DNA of 64,000 nucleotides, from NCBI RefSeq assembly GCF_011745625.1, contig NW_027191461.1, positions 1-64,000 of the forward strand, given 5' to 3'. A program made the position numbers and the translations under genes. Each line of letters opens with the position of its first letter. Within the stretch, counting starts at the first letter, position 1. The notes beneath the pieces were generated by a model. It saw nothing but the letters and a program-made list of their open reading frames with translations. It did not search any database and had not been told where the DNA came from. The DNA comes from Cladosporium halotolerans (Eukaryota). Below are positions 46,273 to 58,164 of this stretch, in pieces.

Positions 46273-47870
46273 ATGCCGTCTAATTTGTCTGCAGGCCTTG
46301 AGCCTAGCACTACCTCCCTCTGGTCACCAATCGTCTTGATCTTCGTGCCTATTCTCACATGGATTGTGTATCAACGCTTCTTCCACCCTCTAGCCAAAAT
46401 CCCCGGCCCCTTCTTTGCTAGCCTGACTCGGTTATGGATTACCAAACACTCATGGGATGGTGACATGAACACCACAATCATCTCTTTACACAAGAAGTAT
46501 GGCCCTCTCGTCCGCACTGGCCCCAATGAACTCTCTATCTCAGACATCACTGCCATCAAAACGATCTATGGCGCCGGCACACAGTTCCGCAAATCCGATT
46601 GGTATTCAGTCTGGCAAGGCCACAGGAAATTTGACCTCTTCGCGGAACGAGATGAGAAAATCCACGGCCAGCAGCGTCGCCTCGTCAGCCGGGCATACTC
46701 AATGGAGGCTCTTAAGGACCTCGAGCCTCACGTCAACACCGCCGTGAGCACGTTCCTCTCGAAAATGTCCTCGCTCAAGAGCAGCACCATAGACATGGGC
46801 AAGTGGACGCAGCTCTTCGCCTTCGACATCATCGGCGAAATCACCTTCAGCCAATCCTTCGGCTTCATGGAAGCCGGCGCCGACGACGGCTCTTTCCAAG
46901 CAATCGAAACCGCCCTTAAATCCGCCGCCTGGATCGGCCAAGTCCCCTGGCTCTACTGGCTCCACGACTCCCTCGCGCCCTACATCGGCACGCACCTAGG
47001 CATCGCCGCGCGCCACGGCAGCCTGCGCGCCACCGCCGCCCGCGAGGTCTCCGCGCGCCAGACCCGCGGCTCCGACCGCAACGACATCCTCTCCAAGCTC
47101 CTCGCCACCCACACCGAGCACCCGCAAGCCTTCGACGCCCAAGCCCTGACTTCCATGGCGACCTCCAACATCTTCGCCGGCTCCGACACGACCGCCATCT
47201 CCACGCGCGCCATCATCTACCACCTGCTCAAGAACCCTTCCCGCAAAGCCCGCCTCGTCGCCGAGCTCGACGCCGCCCGCGCCGCAGGCGCCCTCTCGTC
47301 GCCCGTCTCGCTCGCCGAAGCAGACCGCCTGCCCTACCTGCAAGCCGTCATGTACGAGGCGCTGCGCCTGCACCCCGCCGTCGGCATGGCGCTGCCGCGT
47401 GTCTCGCCCACGAGCGGCGCGACGATCGCCGGCCGCTTCGTGCCTGCCGGCACGGTCGTGGGCGCCAATCCGTGGGTCATACACCGGGACGCGGGAGTGT
47501 TTGGTGACGATGTGGAGGCGTTCAGGCCGGAGCGGTGGGTTGAGAAAGCGGCGGCGGAGAGCGAGGGGGGTGGGAAGGGAGGGTATGGGGATATGCAGAG
47601 GTTCTTCTTTGCCTTTGGGTCCGGGGCGAGGATGTGTTTGGGGCGGAATATTAGTTGGATGGAGATGTGAGTCGATTAATTTTCTTCTTTTGTGGGAGTA
47701 TGGTTTTGCTGACGGGAATACTTTGCAGGTCTAAGCTCATCCCTACCCTCTTCATGCATTATGATCTGGAACTCGAAGAGCCGGAGAAGGAATGGGAGAC
47801 GAACTGCTGGTGGTTCGTGATGCAGAAGGGGCTCCACGTGCGCTTGCAAGAGCGTACTCCGGTCTCTTGA
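46273..47870 (+). CDS. Cytochrome P450 (pisatin-demethylase-like), intron ~47668-47729
   Basis: N-terminal TM segment, HPLAKIPGP, YGPLVRTGPNELS, AGSDTT, EALRLHP, FRPERW and FGSGARMCLG. Confidence 0.93.
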
Positions 47871-47961
47871 AGGGATGAGGACTGGACACAGGAACTCGCA
47901 ACGTAGCTGAAGAAAAACGTGCTGCGAAGTATCGGCGCGATATTGGGTTGACGTATATTGT

Positions 47962-50008
47962 TCATAGCATTTCACATAAGCGTTGTTTAAGCTCTTCTAT
48001 CGACGGATGGTCCGGCCTCAGCATTTCCCGCACGCAGGCCTCCATCTTCCCAGACGGGTCTCCAATGCGATCGCTGAAGTTGGTTGGGAAAGCGTTTTGT
48101 TTCAGCGCGTGCAGAGTCTCGTGTCGCTCCATGCCTAAAGAGTAGTCAGTAACAAAGCCTTACTGACGAGGGATCTGTTGTGGATACTTACGCGTCCCAA
48201 ACGGCCAGAGCAACTCCACCGCCACAACGCCCGCCGCAAAGACATCCAGCGCGGGGCTCGCGTTTCCCCTCCCTTCGTCTGCCGGCCTGTACAATTCCGT
48301 CCCGACAGGCGATTTGCTCGAGTCAGAGCCGTTCACATCAACGCCGTCGCCATCCTTCGCCAGTGCAGTCACAAGCCCAAAGTCTCCGATCCGCACTCTA
48401 AGCGATATCGGGCTTGCCTGTCCACTTCCGCGACATCCGTCGCAGAGGAAGAGATCGACGGAGCCGTCTGGATGGCGCGGGTCAGTGTTGGGCGCGAGGA
48501 AAATGTTCCCCGGTTTTAGGTCACGGTGGACTATTTGATGATGGTGGAGATAGGCGACACCGTCGAGGACAGCGAGCAGAATGCGGATTGAGGGTTGGAG
48601 ATGAAAGCAGTGTCTCAGTGGAGGAGCCGATGTCGATGGGACTTGCTCTTGAGACAGGAAATCTGTGAGCGTCATTGGGTACATGGCCATTTGCATGTGG
48701 ACGGCGAGCTGAGGGCCTGACGTGTCGAATTGCATTCCGTCGGTGCCGGTCACGATGCTGGAGTCGCTGGCGCGGGAGATTGACTCCACGTCTTCGTCGC
48801 TGACTGTGGCTCGGGTAGCGTGGGATGCTGTCCGGCGGAGGTCGTTTTCGCTACCAGTGCTGGCTTTCGAGGCAGTGCTGTTTGTGGTTGCTCGCGATAC
48901 CTGGGATACGAGTTAGCATACCAGCTGGAAGACGGCTCAAACCGGACGTCCACGCACACTATCCTCGAACAATATGTTGTCTTCGCCCGATTCCGTTATG
49001 ACTCGGCCTAGAGAAATACTTCCGGTGCGTGTATTATCGGCACCTCCAGCAGCATCTGCAGAACCAGGAGACACCACGTCAGCCGGCGGGTCGACATTGA
49101 TGTAGTCAAGCCAGCCATTGTAGTATCTGACGATGTTCGGGTGGTCCAGTTGAGCGAGCGTTCTCAGCTCACTCAGCAAGGCATCGATTTCTGTCTGACC
49201 GCGAATCATGATCTGTTGTCGTCGGCTCTCAGAAATTGGGACTTTCTTGACAGCATAGGTCACACCGTCCAACTTGTGCTTGCAAGCATAGACAATGCCG
49301 TACCCGCCTTTGCCGAGGACACCTAGTTCCTCAAAGTCTTGCCGGTAGCGAGTGCCGAACATGGGTGGTTGCGGCACATATGGCCCCAGAGTGAGCGGAA
49401 TGGAGGCAGTTGGGCTGATGTGCAAGTCCTCGAAGGGCATGTCGAAAGTAGACGGTGAGTGTTCCGCCCCAGTCAACAATCGACGGGCAGGAGGACGCAA
49501 ATTGGCCGATACGTTTCTTGACCGGGCATTGCTTTGAACAAAGGCATTCAATCCATCGCGGTACTGTTGGCGGACAGATGAATGCGAGTCTTCATCAAGT
49601 CCCACTGCTGCTAGACCAACCTTGGCCAGCTGAGCGCTCAAAGCCTGATACCTGGTCTTCCAGTCAGTCTTTCCCGCTTATTGGACAGGAAGCACAATAC
49701 AAAGCTTACCTGTGACGTGCTTCAATCACAATTGCTGACTCGCTCGTTGATCGACCGGCATGTTCCTGGCGTACATCGCGCAAGCACTTTTCTTCGAGCA
49801 AGGCGTGTAACAGCACATCCTTACTAGGACCGGCGACTGCGACAGCACTGGAAGGCTCCTCTTCTACCGGCGGTGTAGCCAAGTCTAATGCCTTCGATCG
49901 CGAAGCACTCGAGAAGTCTTGAGAGGTCTCGTTATCGTCTAGTTCCTCACTGTCGGAGGCGCTGGAGCTGGAGTCTGAGTCTGGCTGTCTGCGGAAGAAC
50001 TTTGACAT
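47962..50008 (-). CDS. eIF2-alpha (PEK/HRI-like) protein kinase, about 3 introns
   Basis: RYRQDFEELGVLGKGGYG, LDGVTYAVKK, LDHPNIVRYYNGW, large kinase insert, HRDLKPGNIF, IGDFGL, VGTELY and FGT.MER.ETL. Confidence 0.85.
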
Positions 50009-50696
50009 TATGCAGCCAGGCCAACCATTCTTTGGATTGACGGTGTCGTGAAGGCAGACCGTATGCGTTCGTTCTTGCTTCTTTAAGGAAAGTGGAGAAA
50101 ACGATTGAAGTTGTGTAATACAAAACGTTGATACAACAGAATGGAAATCGTTGGTAGAGAAGCTGATGAAAAGACGACTGACGAAAGCCGGCAGGCAACC
50201 GCAGCCTTGAAGAGATATTGATCGTGACTACCATCCAACGTTCATCAATGACCATCTGGCAGCATTGGAGGACAGGGCGTGGGACGACAAGTCGGATTCG
50301 TCTCTCTTCCACGGCCTTCCTCACGCGCGCCGCGACAACACTTCGCCGCCTGCAGATGCGCGCGTGAGTAGAGTCACAGAGCCCCAGCCGTGCTTGACGT
50401 CCAATCTGTGATGCCTCAGGCACCAAGAACCCCTCGCTGCCGCGCTGCAGATGGCACAAGGGCAGCTGCTCGGAGGTCTCTGCTTGGCACGTCTGCTCCG
50501 CTTTAGAAACGCTGCTACGACGCCAGCGCCCAAAAAATAGCAGCCAACGAGGGGCACGCCCACATCTACCACGACGACCTCACCCTGGACCATCCGAACG
50601 CGCACGCAAGCTGTGATTCACGCGTCACGACCGCATACTAGACGGCCCGAAACACACACCGATTTCACGGCCAGCAAAACGAGCGTATAGCCTGCC

Positions 50697-52523
50697 ATGG
50701 CGGGCATCTTCGAAGGGCCGCGCAACAACGGCGGCACTCTCTTCCTCGGCGGCCAGAAGATCTCAGGCTCCGACATCAGAGATCAGAATGTGCAGGCTAC
50801 TCAAGCGATTGCAAATGTAGTCAAGTCCTCTTTCGGCCCCAGTGGCCTGGACAAGATGATGGTCGACGACATTGGCGAGGTGACAGTCACCAACGACGGT
50901 GCGACGATTCTGAGCTTGTTGAGCGTGGAGCATCCGGCGGGAAAGATTCTGGTCGATCTGGCACAGCAGCAGGATAGGGAAGTGGGAGACGGAACTACTA
51001 GTGTGGTCCTCATAGCCGCCGAGCTGCTGCGGAGAGCGAACGAGCTTATGAAGATGCGCATTCACCCCACGACCATTATCACTGGATACAGGCTGGCGCT
51101 GAGGGAGGCTGTGCGGTACATGAACGAGAACATTAGCACAAAGGTCGACAACCTGGGCAGGGAATCGCTCATGGCGATTGCGAAGACCAGCATGTCCTCC
51201 AAGATCATTGGCGCCGACTCGGACTTCTTCTCCAACATGGTCGTCGACGCCATTACCAGCGTCAAGAGCGTCAACGCTCGCGGCGAGGTCAAGTACCCTG
51301 TTAAGGCTGTCAACGTGCTCAAGGCGCACGGTAAGAGTGCGACTGAGTCCGTCCTGATCAAGGGCTACGCCATGAACTGCACCGTTGCCTCGCAAGCCAT
51401 GACGACTCGTGTGACCGATGCGAAGATTGCCGTCCTGGACATGAACCTGCAGAAGGAGCGCATGAAGATGGGTGTGAACGTTGTGATCGACGACCCTGCC
51501 CAGCTTGAGAAGATCCGCGAGCGCGAGGCTGGCATTGTTATCGAGCGTATTGAGATGATCCTCAAGGCCGGTGCCAACGTTGTCTTCACCACCAAGGGTA
51601 TTGACGATCTTTGCTTGAAGCACTTCGTCGAGAAGGGCGTCATGGGTGTGCGTCGTTGCAAGAAGGAGGATCTCAGACGGATAGCCAAGGCCACCGGCGC
51701 ACAGATGGTCTCTACTCTCGCCGACCTCAACGGCGACGAGGTCTTCGACAAGGCCAACCTGGGTGAGGCGAAGGAGGTTGTACAGGAGCGCATCAGCGAC
51801 GATGAGTGCATTCTCGTCAAGGGCCCCAAGGTCCACACTGCTGCGTCCATCATCCTTCGCGGAGCCAACGAATACAGCTTGGACGAGATGGAGCGTTCCG
51901 TCCACGATTCGCTATCCGCCGTCAAGCGCACTCTGGAGTCCGGCCGCATCGTCCCCGGTGGCGGCGCCGTCGAGACTGCCCTGCACATCTACCTCGAGGA
52001 ATGGGCCACAAGCGTTGTAAGATGTAGCCCTCCCCTAAGATTTTCCCGTGCTGACCCATTCTTTCAGGGCTCAAGAGAGCAACTCGCCATCGCAGCCTTC
52101 GCCTCCGCCCTCCTCGTCATCCCCACCACCCTCGCAGTCAATGCCGCCAAAGACTCCTCCGACCTCGTTGCCCAGCTTCGCTCCCGCCACGCCCTCTCGC
52201 AGCGCACCTCGGACCCCGTGCCGCACCCGCCCACGCAGACGACCGCCTCCAACGGTCACCCCTCAGCGCCCCCTCAGCCTCCCTCGACCTCGGACGCCGA
52301 CGCCAAGGCGATCGCCAAGGCCAAGGGCTACCGCAACTACGGTCTCGACCTTACCAAAGGCCGCGTGCACGACAGCATCAAGGCCGGCGTGCTCGAGCCC
52401 AGCATGGGCAAGGTGAAGCAGCTGAAGAGTGCCGTCGAGGCGTGCGTTGCCATCATGAGGATCGACACGCTCATCAAGCTCGACCCCGAGCAGAGGGGCG
52501 AGGACGATGGTCACGGTCACTGA
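50697..52523 (+). CDS. CCT1: T-complex protein 1 subunit alpha (CCT-alpha), intron 52017-52067
   Basis: [38 protein letters not shown] and [10 protein letters not shown]. Confidence 0.96.
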   Translation: MAGIFEGPRNNGGTLFLGGQKISGSDIRDQNVQATQAIANVVKSSFGPSGLDKMMVDDIGEVTVTNDGATILSLLSVEHPAGKILVDLAQQQDREVGDGTTSVVLIAAELLRRANELMKMRIHPTTIITGYRLALREAVRYMNENISTKVDNLGRESLMAIAKTSMSSKIIGADSDFFSNMVVDAITSVKSVNARGEVKYPVKAVNVLKAHGKSATESVLIKGYAMNCTVASQAMTTRVTDAKIAVLDMNLQKERMKMGVNVVIDDPAQLEKIREREAGIVIERIEMILKAGANVVFTTKGIDDLCLKHFVEKGVMGVRRCKKEDLRRIAKATGAQMVSTLADLNGDEVFDKANLGEAKEVVQERISDDECILVKGPKVHTAASIILRGANEYSLDEMERSVHDSLSAVKRTLESGRIVPGGGAVETALHIYLEEWATSVVRCSPPLRFSRADPFFQGSREQLAIAAFASALLVIPTTLAVNAAKDSSDLVAQLRSRHALSQRTSDPVPHPPTQTTASNGHPSAPPQPPSTSDADAKAIAKAKGYRNYGLDLTKGRVHDSIKAGVLEPSMGKVKQLKSAVEACVAIMRIDTLIKLDPEQRGEDDGHGH

Positions 52524-52867
52524 GATTGTTAGAGTGGAAGAGTAAATGAAGAAGCTATTGTAGTGAAAACGATTCGATTCGATATGCATGTACGCGGATA
52601 GACGTTTGTACGCAAGCCGTATGACAAATACATGGAAGAGATGACTTCTCTATGGCTTCTTTTTATGATTTTCTGCAACTATGCGTATCCGCATTTCCTT
52701 CTAGCCCCGTGCTAACAATCACAGTCTTGGTCTAATTGTCGATACCTGGCAGCTGCCGCCGCGGACCGAAAAACAACGCCAGATTGGCTCCTCAAGGCGA
52801 TATCGCGTAACTGTATACCGTTTCAGCGCACTGTAATCAATTACATTTGTTTATGAGTGGTATCGAA

Positions 52868-55800
52868 CTACTCGGCTGGAACAGCCTTCTTCGCACCACG
52901 CCTCGTCGACTTCGCCCCACCTCTCCCGTTCCTGCTCTTTCTCTTAGGCGCTTCAAACTCACTCCCTTCGTCGTCCTCATCTACACCCGACCCAGGCTCC
53001 GCCGCTGCCTGCTTCCTTTTTCTGCCTCTTGGCTTCGAGCTACCGGCAACGGTCGAGTCCGCATCGTCAGCGGCAGCAGCCTCATGTTGCGGCTCAGGCT
53101 CAGCAGAAGCAGACTCGCCGGCCCTGCCAGTTCTCTTCTCTTTCGCCTGCGCCGCCATTCTCTGCAAAGCTCCTCCCATACGCTTACTCGTGCCCTCGAG
53201 CCGCTTCCTCGGAGCGAACGCCTCGCCGCCGGGCCCTTTCCCAGCTGCTCCGACGCCCACAGACCCATCGAAGAACTTCGTGATATTCGACTGCGTTCCC
53301 TCGTCCATCCGCCGATTCATGTCCCGAATGACAGGCACAAGGACCTCGTCCGTGCGCTCCTGCGACCAGCCGATGGTGGCCATGAGGAAGCTGCGCAGTG
53401 CATCGAGGTCGGGCACGCCCCACTGGAACTGCTGGGGATCGGAGTCGACTTCGGGGTCCGTGTAGGCGGCGTTGACGCGGATGTCGGGGAACCCAGGCGG
53501 GAGGAAGAGCTTGGTCGCGTTGCGGCGGAACTTCTTGCGGAACGCGTTAGTCTTGTCGTCTTCTTTCGTGATGGCCTGCGACTGCACGCCTTCCCACCAG
53601 CCTCTGAAGTCGTCGAGTCTGGGGAATTCGCCGATGATTTCGAGGGCGGTGACGGGGCCGATGCCGGGAAGGCCTTCGGTGTAGTCCGATCCCAGGAGGT
53701 GGGCGACGTCGATCATTTTCTGGCGCGTGAGATCGAATTCCTTCTCGAAGTCGGAGGCGAGGTAGCATTCGACGAACTTGGCCTGGTTGAAGAAGTTCTT
53801 GTAGATCCGGGTGCCGCCGAACAGGAAGCAATCGCTGTCGTCGGTGACGATGCCATCAACAAGGCCTAGTTGTACCAGTTCTGCGCATTGGGCTTCGGCT
53901 TCCATCGGCGCTGTGACATATGGTAGTCCGAAGAGCCGCAGGAGCTGCTGGCATTCTGTGATCATAATATGGGTCACCTCGTCAGCGTCTCGGCGATCTT
54001 TCTTTTGCTGATTGCGTAGTTGCTTCAGCTCGTTTTCATAGTCCGCGATATTCTGCGCTGTTGGCTTGTTATTCAGTTGGCTGGCAAAGCGGGCGTGCTC
54101 TTCAGCTTCCTGTGCGAGGGCACGCATTATCTCCATGTCTTCGGGATCCGAAAAGTCGTCAAAGTCGTCTTCTTCGTTGCCTTCTGCAGGTAGCGCCTCT
54201 TGAGTGACCAGCCCAGAAGAATGAGCCTCAGGCGCGTCGGGATCGAAATCGATTTCTTCCTCTGCCGGTGCAGCAGCGGGCGTAGGCTGAGCTTTCGCCG
54301 TCATATCCACATCCTCGAAATCTGCAGATGGTGATCTTGATGCGTGTTGAACGGGTCCACCGGCAGGTTCAGCAGACTTTTCTTTTAGCTTATTGGCCGC
54401 TTTGGATGCTCCGTCTTCGCTCTCACTCCACTCGAGTTGTTCATCTTCTTCGGCGTCCTCGGCATCTTCGGTGGTCGGCTTGGCCGTCTCGTCCTGACTT
54501 GGCTGTTCGGCAGGTTGGTCCAAGTCGGGCTTGAACGTGTCGCTCTCGCTGTCGCTGTCAACCTCTTGAAAAGGAGCTTTCGTCACCGGCTTCGGCGGGG
54601 AAGGCTCTCTGTGATCCGGCTCGCCTGGCGTTGGTGGCTGAGCGCGTACTTCATCTGCGATGTCACCCAGATTTTGTGGTTCACCTTCGGCAACCGGTTG
54701 ATCTTCATTCTGATCTTGAGTCTGATCGACTGGCTCGAACTGTTCGTCTTTGTTTTCTGGCTCATCCGCTTCCAGGTCAACGACTTCTCCGTTGGCAAAG
54801 CCACGCTCGTCTTCAGCATCCAGGTCGATCACTTCATTTTTCTCTTTGCGAAGCGCATCAGCATTTCCGCCTCGATCTTCGAACCGGAATTGCTTGTTGA
54901 ACTCCCTTGCTTTCCTACGGTCTTCGTTCTCCATCTCCTGTTGCCTTTTCATGTCGGCCTCCACATCTCCGCTGAACCACGGCGGCAGCGGCTCGGCCTT
55001 CTTCTTCTCCTTTTCAGCCAGCTCCGGATTTTCAAAACCGCCTGCTGCTTCCTCCTTCCTCTCCTGCATTTTCTTCTTGCCGAGAAGACTACTTCCTAGG
55101 TCGAGCTTCTCGAAAGGTAATGGACCACTGAAACCATGATTCTTTGCTACACTGGTAGGCTTTGGCTCAGTTGGTGGAGCAGGCTTTGGTTGAGCCTTGG
55201 GCTGTACATTGTTGAACTTTGGTCCAGGCGGAGTCGCCTTTCTCTTTCCCTTGCGACTCTCGGCGAGGGCAGCCTGGAAGTCCATAGCTTCGTCTTCGCT
55301 TCCACTGCTGTTCTCATCGTCTCTCGGTGCTGGAACACCGAAGGAGGTGACCTCATGCGACTCAGGCGCGATGTCGAATGCGCGCTTGTTGACGATGCTC
55401 GCGATGGCTCGACCACTGCCCTTGGGAACCGGCTTGGATTCCTCGACTGCTGACTGGCGAAAGACTTCAAGCATATCATCTTCGTCTTCAGACTGAGCGC
55501 GGTCTTGACGAGCTCCGTCATCGTCTTTCTGCATGGACATAGCAATTGCTCGTTGTAGCTCTTCGTCTTCATCATTCTCACCGTTCTCTTCGAAAAGATC
55601 CTGATCGTGGTTCGCTTCTTCGCTTTGCTCTGCATAGTGATCTGCAATAAACAACGAGTTTGAGTCGTCCTCCACGGGTCGCGTCGCCTGTTGTCTGCTA
55701 TCTTGTTTTCGAGATTGATAGAAAGCCCGCCGTTGCCTTGTCGTATCATCGTCTCGTCGTTCTTGCGCTTTTGGCTGCTTTGGAAGTCGGTTGAGACCCT

Positions 55801-56881
55801 CTATCGCAACGTCTTCAAACTCGTCCTCCTCAGACTCTTCCTCCTTGACCACAGGCTCGGGCTTATCGATATCGATCGCTTCGTTGGCGGAGGTGCCCTC
55901 GTTACTCACAACACCCAGAGCCCAACCGCCTTCCACGCCATCGTTCTTCACCAACACGTATTCTCTTCCCTTTTCACCCGAAACTCTACCGACGCCATTG
56001 AGACCGAACGATGCATCGTCCATGCCATTAATGTGCATCAGGCGCTGCGTCAACTCGTTCCTTTCTCTCACTCGCTCGATTTGGAATTTGGAAAATTCCA
56101 TGCGATCTGGGAACATTGTGTCCAGCTGCTCTTTCGAATGACCCATACGCAGGCGGCTTCGAAGCCTGGCAGCATTGAGGATGTTGTACCGATCTGAAGC
56201 CGGTAACGACATAAAGAAAGGCGAGTCGTAGTCGATCTTAGAGAAGTCATACACGTTGAGGTCCTCACCTGTATCGAACTGGCGAGCATAGGCCTGCAAC
56301 TCTTCTATGCTCATGATCCTAGGGTCGTTCTCCCCACTCATCTCGTTCATCGAGACGTCCAGATCCGGCAGGTGATATGCGTCTTTCTTCCTGAATTTCC
56401 GATTCTGCTGCCTCTCCTGCTGCGTCATCTGCAGCTCATCCACATACACCAGGTCCTCGTCACGCACAGTCTCTTCCTCAACGGGCGGCCTGTCCCTCGC
56501 TTCTTTCCTCTTCTGCTCTTCCTCTTCGGCACGGCGCTGCATCTGCACAGCAAGAAGCTTTCCCGCCGTCCTAGCCGCATCATCCCTTCTGCCCTCTCTC
56601 CTCTGCTTGCGCGCGCGAATGACATTGCGCTTCAGCGCCGGCGCGCCGCCGTCGAAGACGAAGACCGGCTTGATACCGAAGAAGAGCAGCTTGCAGATAC
56701 GGCGGAAGAAGCCGACAACGTGACTGTTGCGCAGAGCATTTCCCTCTTTATCGCGCACAGCTTTTAGAAATTGGTATATCCAGATGGAGGCATCGACAGC
56801 CAGGCGCTTGCGGTTCAGCGTTTCGAGCTTCGTGGGCCGAGCACATGGCTGCACGATGGACCAGAGGCCGGTGACACCCAT
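52868..56881 (-). CDS. RAD2: XPG/Rad2 nucleotide-excision-repair endonuclease, intronless
   Basis: MGVTGLW...LAVDASIWIYQF...VFVFDG (XPG-N); APMEAEAQCA, TDDSD and LLGSDYTEG (XPG-I); QSNITKFF PIP box. Confidence 0.96.
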   Translation of the reverse strand: MGVTGLWSIVQPCARPTKLETLNRKRLAVDASIWIYQFLKAVRDKEGNALRNSHVVGFFRRICKLLFFGIKPVFVFDGGAPALKRNVIRARKQRREGRRDDAARTAGKLLAVQMQRRAEEEEQKRKEARDRPPVEEETVRDEDLVYVDELQMTQQERQQNRKFRKKDAYHLPDLDVSMNEMSGENDPRIMSIEELQAYARQFDTGEDLNVYDFSKIDYDSPFFMSLPASDRYNILNAARLRSRLRMGHSKEQLDTMFPDRMEFSKFQIERVRERNELTQRLMHINGMDDASFGLNGVGRVSGEKGREYVLVKNDGVEGGWALGVVSNEGTSANEAIDIDKPEPVVKEEESEEDEFEDVAIEGLNRLPKQPKAQERRDDDTTRQRRAFYQSRKQDSRQQATRPVEDDSNSLFIADHYAEQSEEANHDQDLFEENGENDEDEELQRAIAMSMQKDDDGARQDRAQSEDEDDMLEVFRQSAVEESKPVPKGSGRAIASIVNKRAFDIAPESHEVTSFGVPAPRDDENSSGSEDEAMDFQAALAESRKGKRKATPPGPKFNNVQPKAQPKPAPPTEPKPTSVAKNHGFSGPLPFEKLDLGSSLLGKKKMQERKEEAAGGFENPELAEKEKKKAEPLPPWFSGDVEADMKRQQEMENEDRRKAREFNKQFRFEDRGGNADALRKEKNEVIDLDAEDERGFANGEVVDLEADEPENKDEQFEPVDQTQDQNEDQPVAEGEPQNLGDIADEVRAQPPTPGEPDHREPSPPKPVTKAPFQEVDSDSESDTFKPDLDQPAEQPSQDETAKPTTEDAEDAEEDEQLEWSESEDGASKAANKLKEKSAEPAGGPVQHASRSPSADFEDVDMTAKAQPTPAAAPAEEEIDFDPDAPEAHSSGLVTQEALPAEGNEEDDFDDFSDPEDMEIMRALAQEAEEHARFASQLNNKPTAQNIADYENELKQLRNQQKKDRRDADEVTHIMITECQQLLRLFGLPYVTAPMEAEAQCAELVQLGLVDGIVTDDSDCFLFGGTRIYKNFFNQAKFVECYLASDFEKEFDLTRQKMIDVAHLLGSDYTEGLPGIGPVTALEIIGEFPRLDDFRGWWEGVQSQAITKEDDKTNAFRKKFRRNATKLFLPPGFPDIRVNAAYTDPEVDSDPQQFQWGVPDLDALRSFLMATIGWSQERTDEVLVPVIRDMNRRMDEGTQSNITKFFDGSVGVGAAGKGPGGEAFAPRKRLEGTSKRMGGALQRMAAQAKEKRTGRAGESASAEPEPQHEAAAADDADSTVAGSSKPRGRKRKQAAAEPGSGVDEDDEGSEFEAPKRKSRNGRGGAKSTRRGAKKAVPAE

Positions 56882-57379
56882 GGCGGATTATGTGTGTGAG
56901 CGCCTTGGAATATCGGCGCCGCTGCGCGACACGGCGCGGGAGGTTCACGGAGTCAAGAGAAATGTAAATGTGTCTAGACATCTACCTCGAATCCGCGAGA
57001 CGCGAACGTTCGCGGTCGATGACGCAACTCGGCTTCACGGGCGTGGGCGTGGGAGGACGCGGTTGCCTTGGGCCCGAGCCCTACAACGATCTCTAGACTT
57101 CACTTGAAAGCAGTGATAATGTACTTGAAGGATGGGGCAACGACTTCCAATGTCCTCTCCCGATCGCTGCTGCTTACGAGAAGCCATGGAACTGTTCACG
57201 ATATGCTAAGGTCATAGAACCGAGCGCCATCAGCCTAGCTCTAGCTCAAGCCAGTGGATAGGTAAGATATAACTAGTGATGCTAGTGGTAGCGATCATCT
57301 TTGTCACGAAACAAGTTTTACAAAAATACACACCGCCCAAGAACAACATTGAACTGTTGCAACAACATCTACCGAAATC

Positions 57380-57853
57380 ATGGCCTCCCCCAAAGCAGCC
57401 GCAGAGGCTTTCGTCAAGTCCTACGCCGACGCCATGGAGCTCTCGTTACAATCGAACACTACCGTCGAGGCTTGCGCTCACGCACTCGCATCGCACTACA
57501 CTCCCGCCACCATGAACTTCACCATGGGCCACCAAACCTCTGCCAATGGAGTCCCTGATTTTTGGCTCACGGGAATCATCACTCACCTCAAGCGGTTCGA
57601 CAAATCCGGCCTTGGGTGGAGAATCCATCTGAAATCATCTCGTGTAGAGCCGCTGAGCACGACCGCCGCAGCTTGCTTTCTGACGTGGGAGATTGAGCCC
57701 GCGAAGGGCGAAGGCTGGGCCTGGGAGAACATCTACGGATGGAGAGGAAGTCAGGATGCCGGCGGTAAGGGTTACTGGGAGTATATCGTCAGTGACAATG
57801 AGATCGGGGAGTTGATAGGGCGATTCCCGGAGTTCATGCAGTTGGAGGTGTGA
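57380..57853 (+). CDS. Small hypothetical protein, probable NTF2/SnoaL-like fold
   Basis: 157-aa ORF with coding-like codon usage; helix-helix-strand pattern (RVEPLSTTAAACFLTWEI...WENIYGWR...WEYIVSDNE). Confidence 0.65.
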   Translation: MASPKAAAEAFVKSYADAMELSLQSNTTVEACAHALASHYTPATMNFTMGHQTSANGVPDFWLTGIITHLKRFDKSGLGWRIHLKSSRVEPLSTTAAACFLTWEIEPAKGEGWAWENIYGWRGSQDAGGKGYWEYIVSDNEIGELIGRFPEFMQLEV

Positions 57854-58164
57854 TTGGTTTGCGTGGCTGATGAGTCGAACGGGGTCGTTGAGTCTGCCAC
57901 ATCTTGAATGCAGCCTATTACTTTCAATAATATCTTCATTCACAACAATGAATCCAGTCTCTCTCTTCCATAATGTACACACACGTTGCAATGCCAATTA
58001 TGCAACAATTGAAGCATTCGGTGAAGTGAACCCCATGCGCCGGCAGCCTCGGCCCGCGTCGATCTTCAAGTCCCCATGCTCCAGGAACCATCGACCGAAG
58101 GCCCTCAGCGAAACCATTCCGACTCGATACAGCAAACAAAAAAAGCAAATTTCAAACCGCAACA

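Noticed and set aside
50763..51988. Long antisense ORFs over CCT1 (likewise over RAD2, FIP1, DCL1 and the monooxygenase)
   Set aside because: Shadow ORFs caused by GC-rich codon bias of the sense gene
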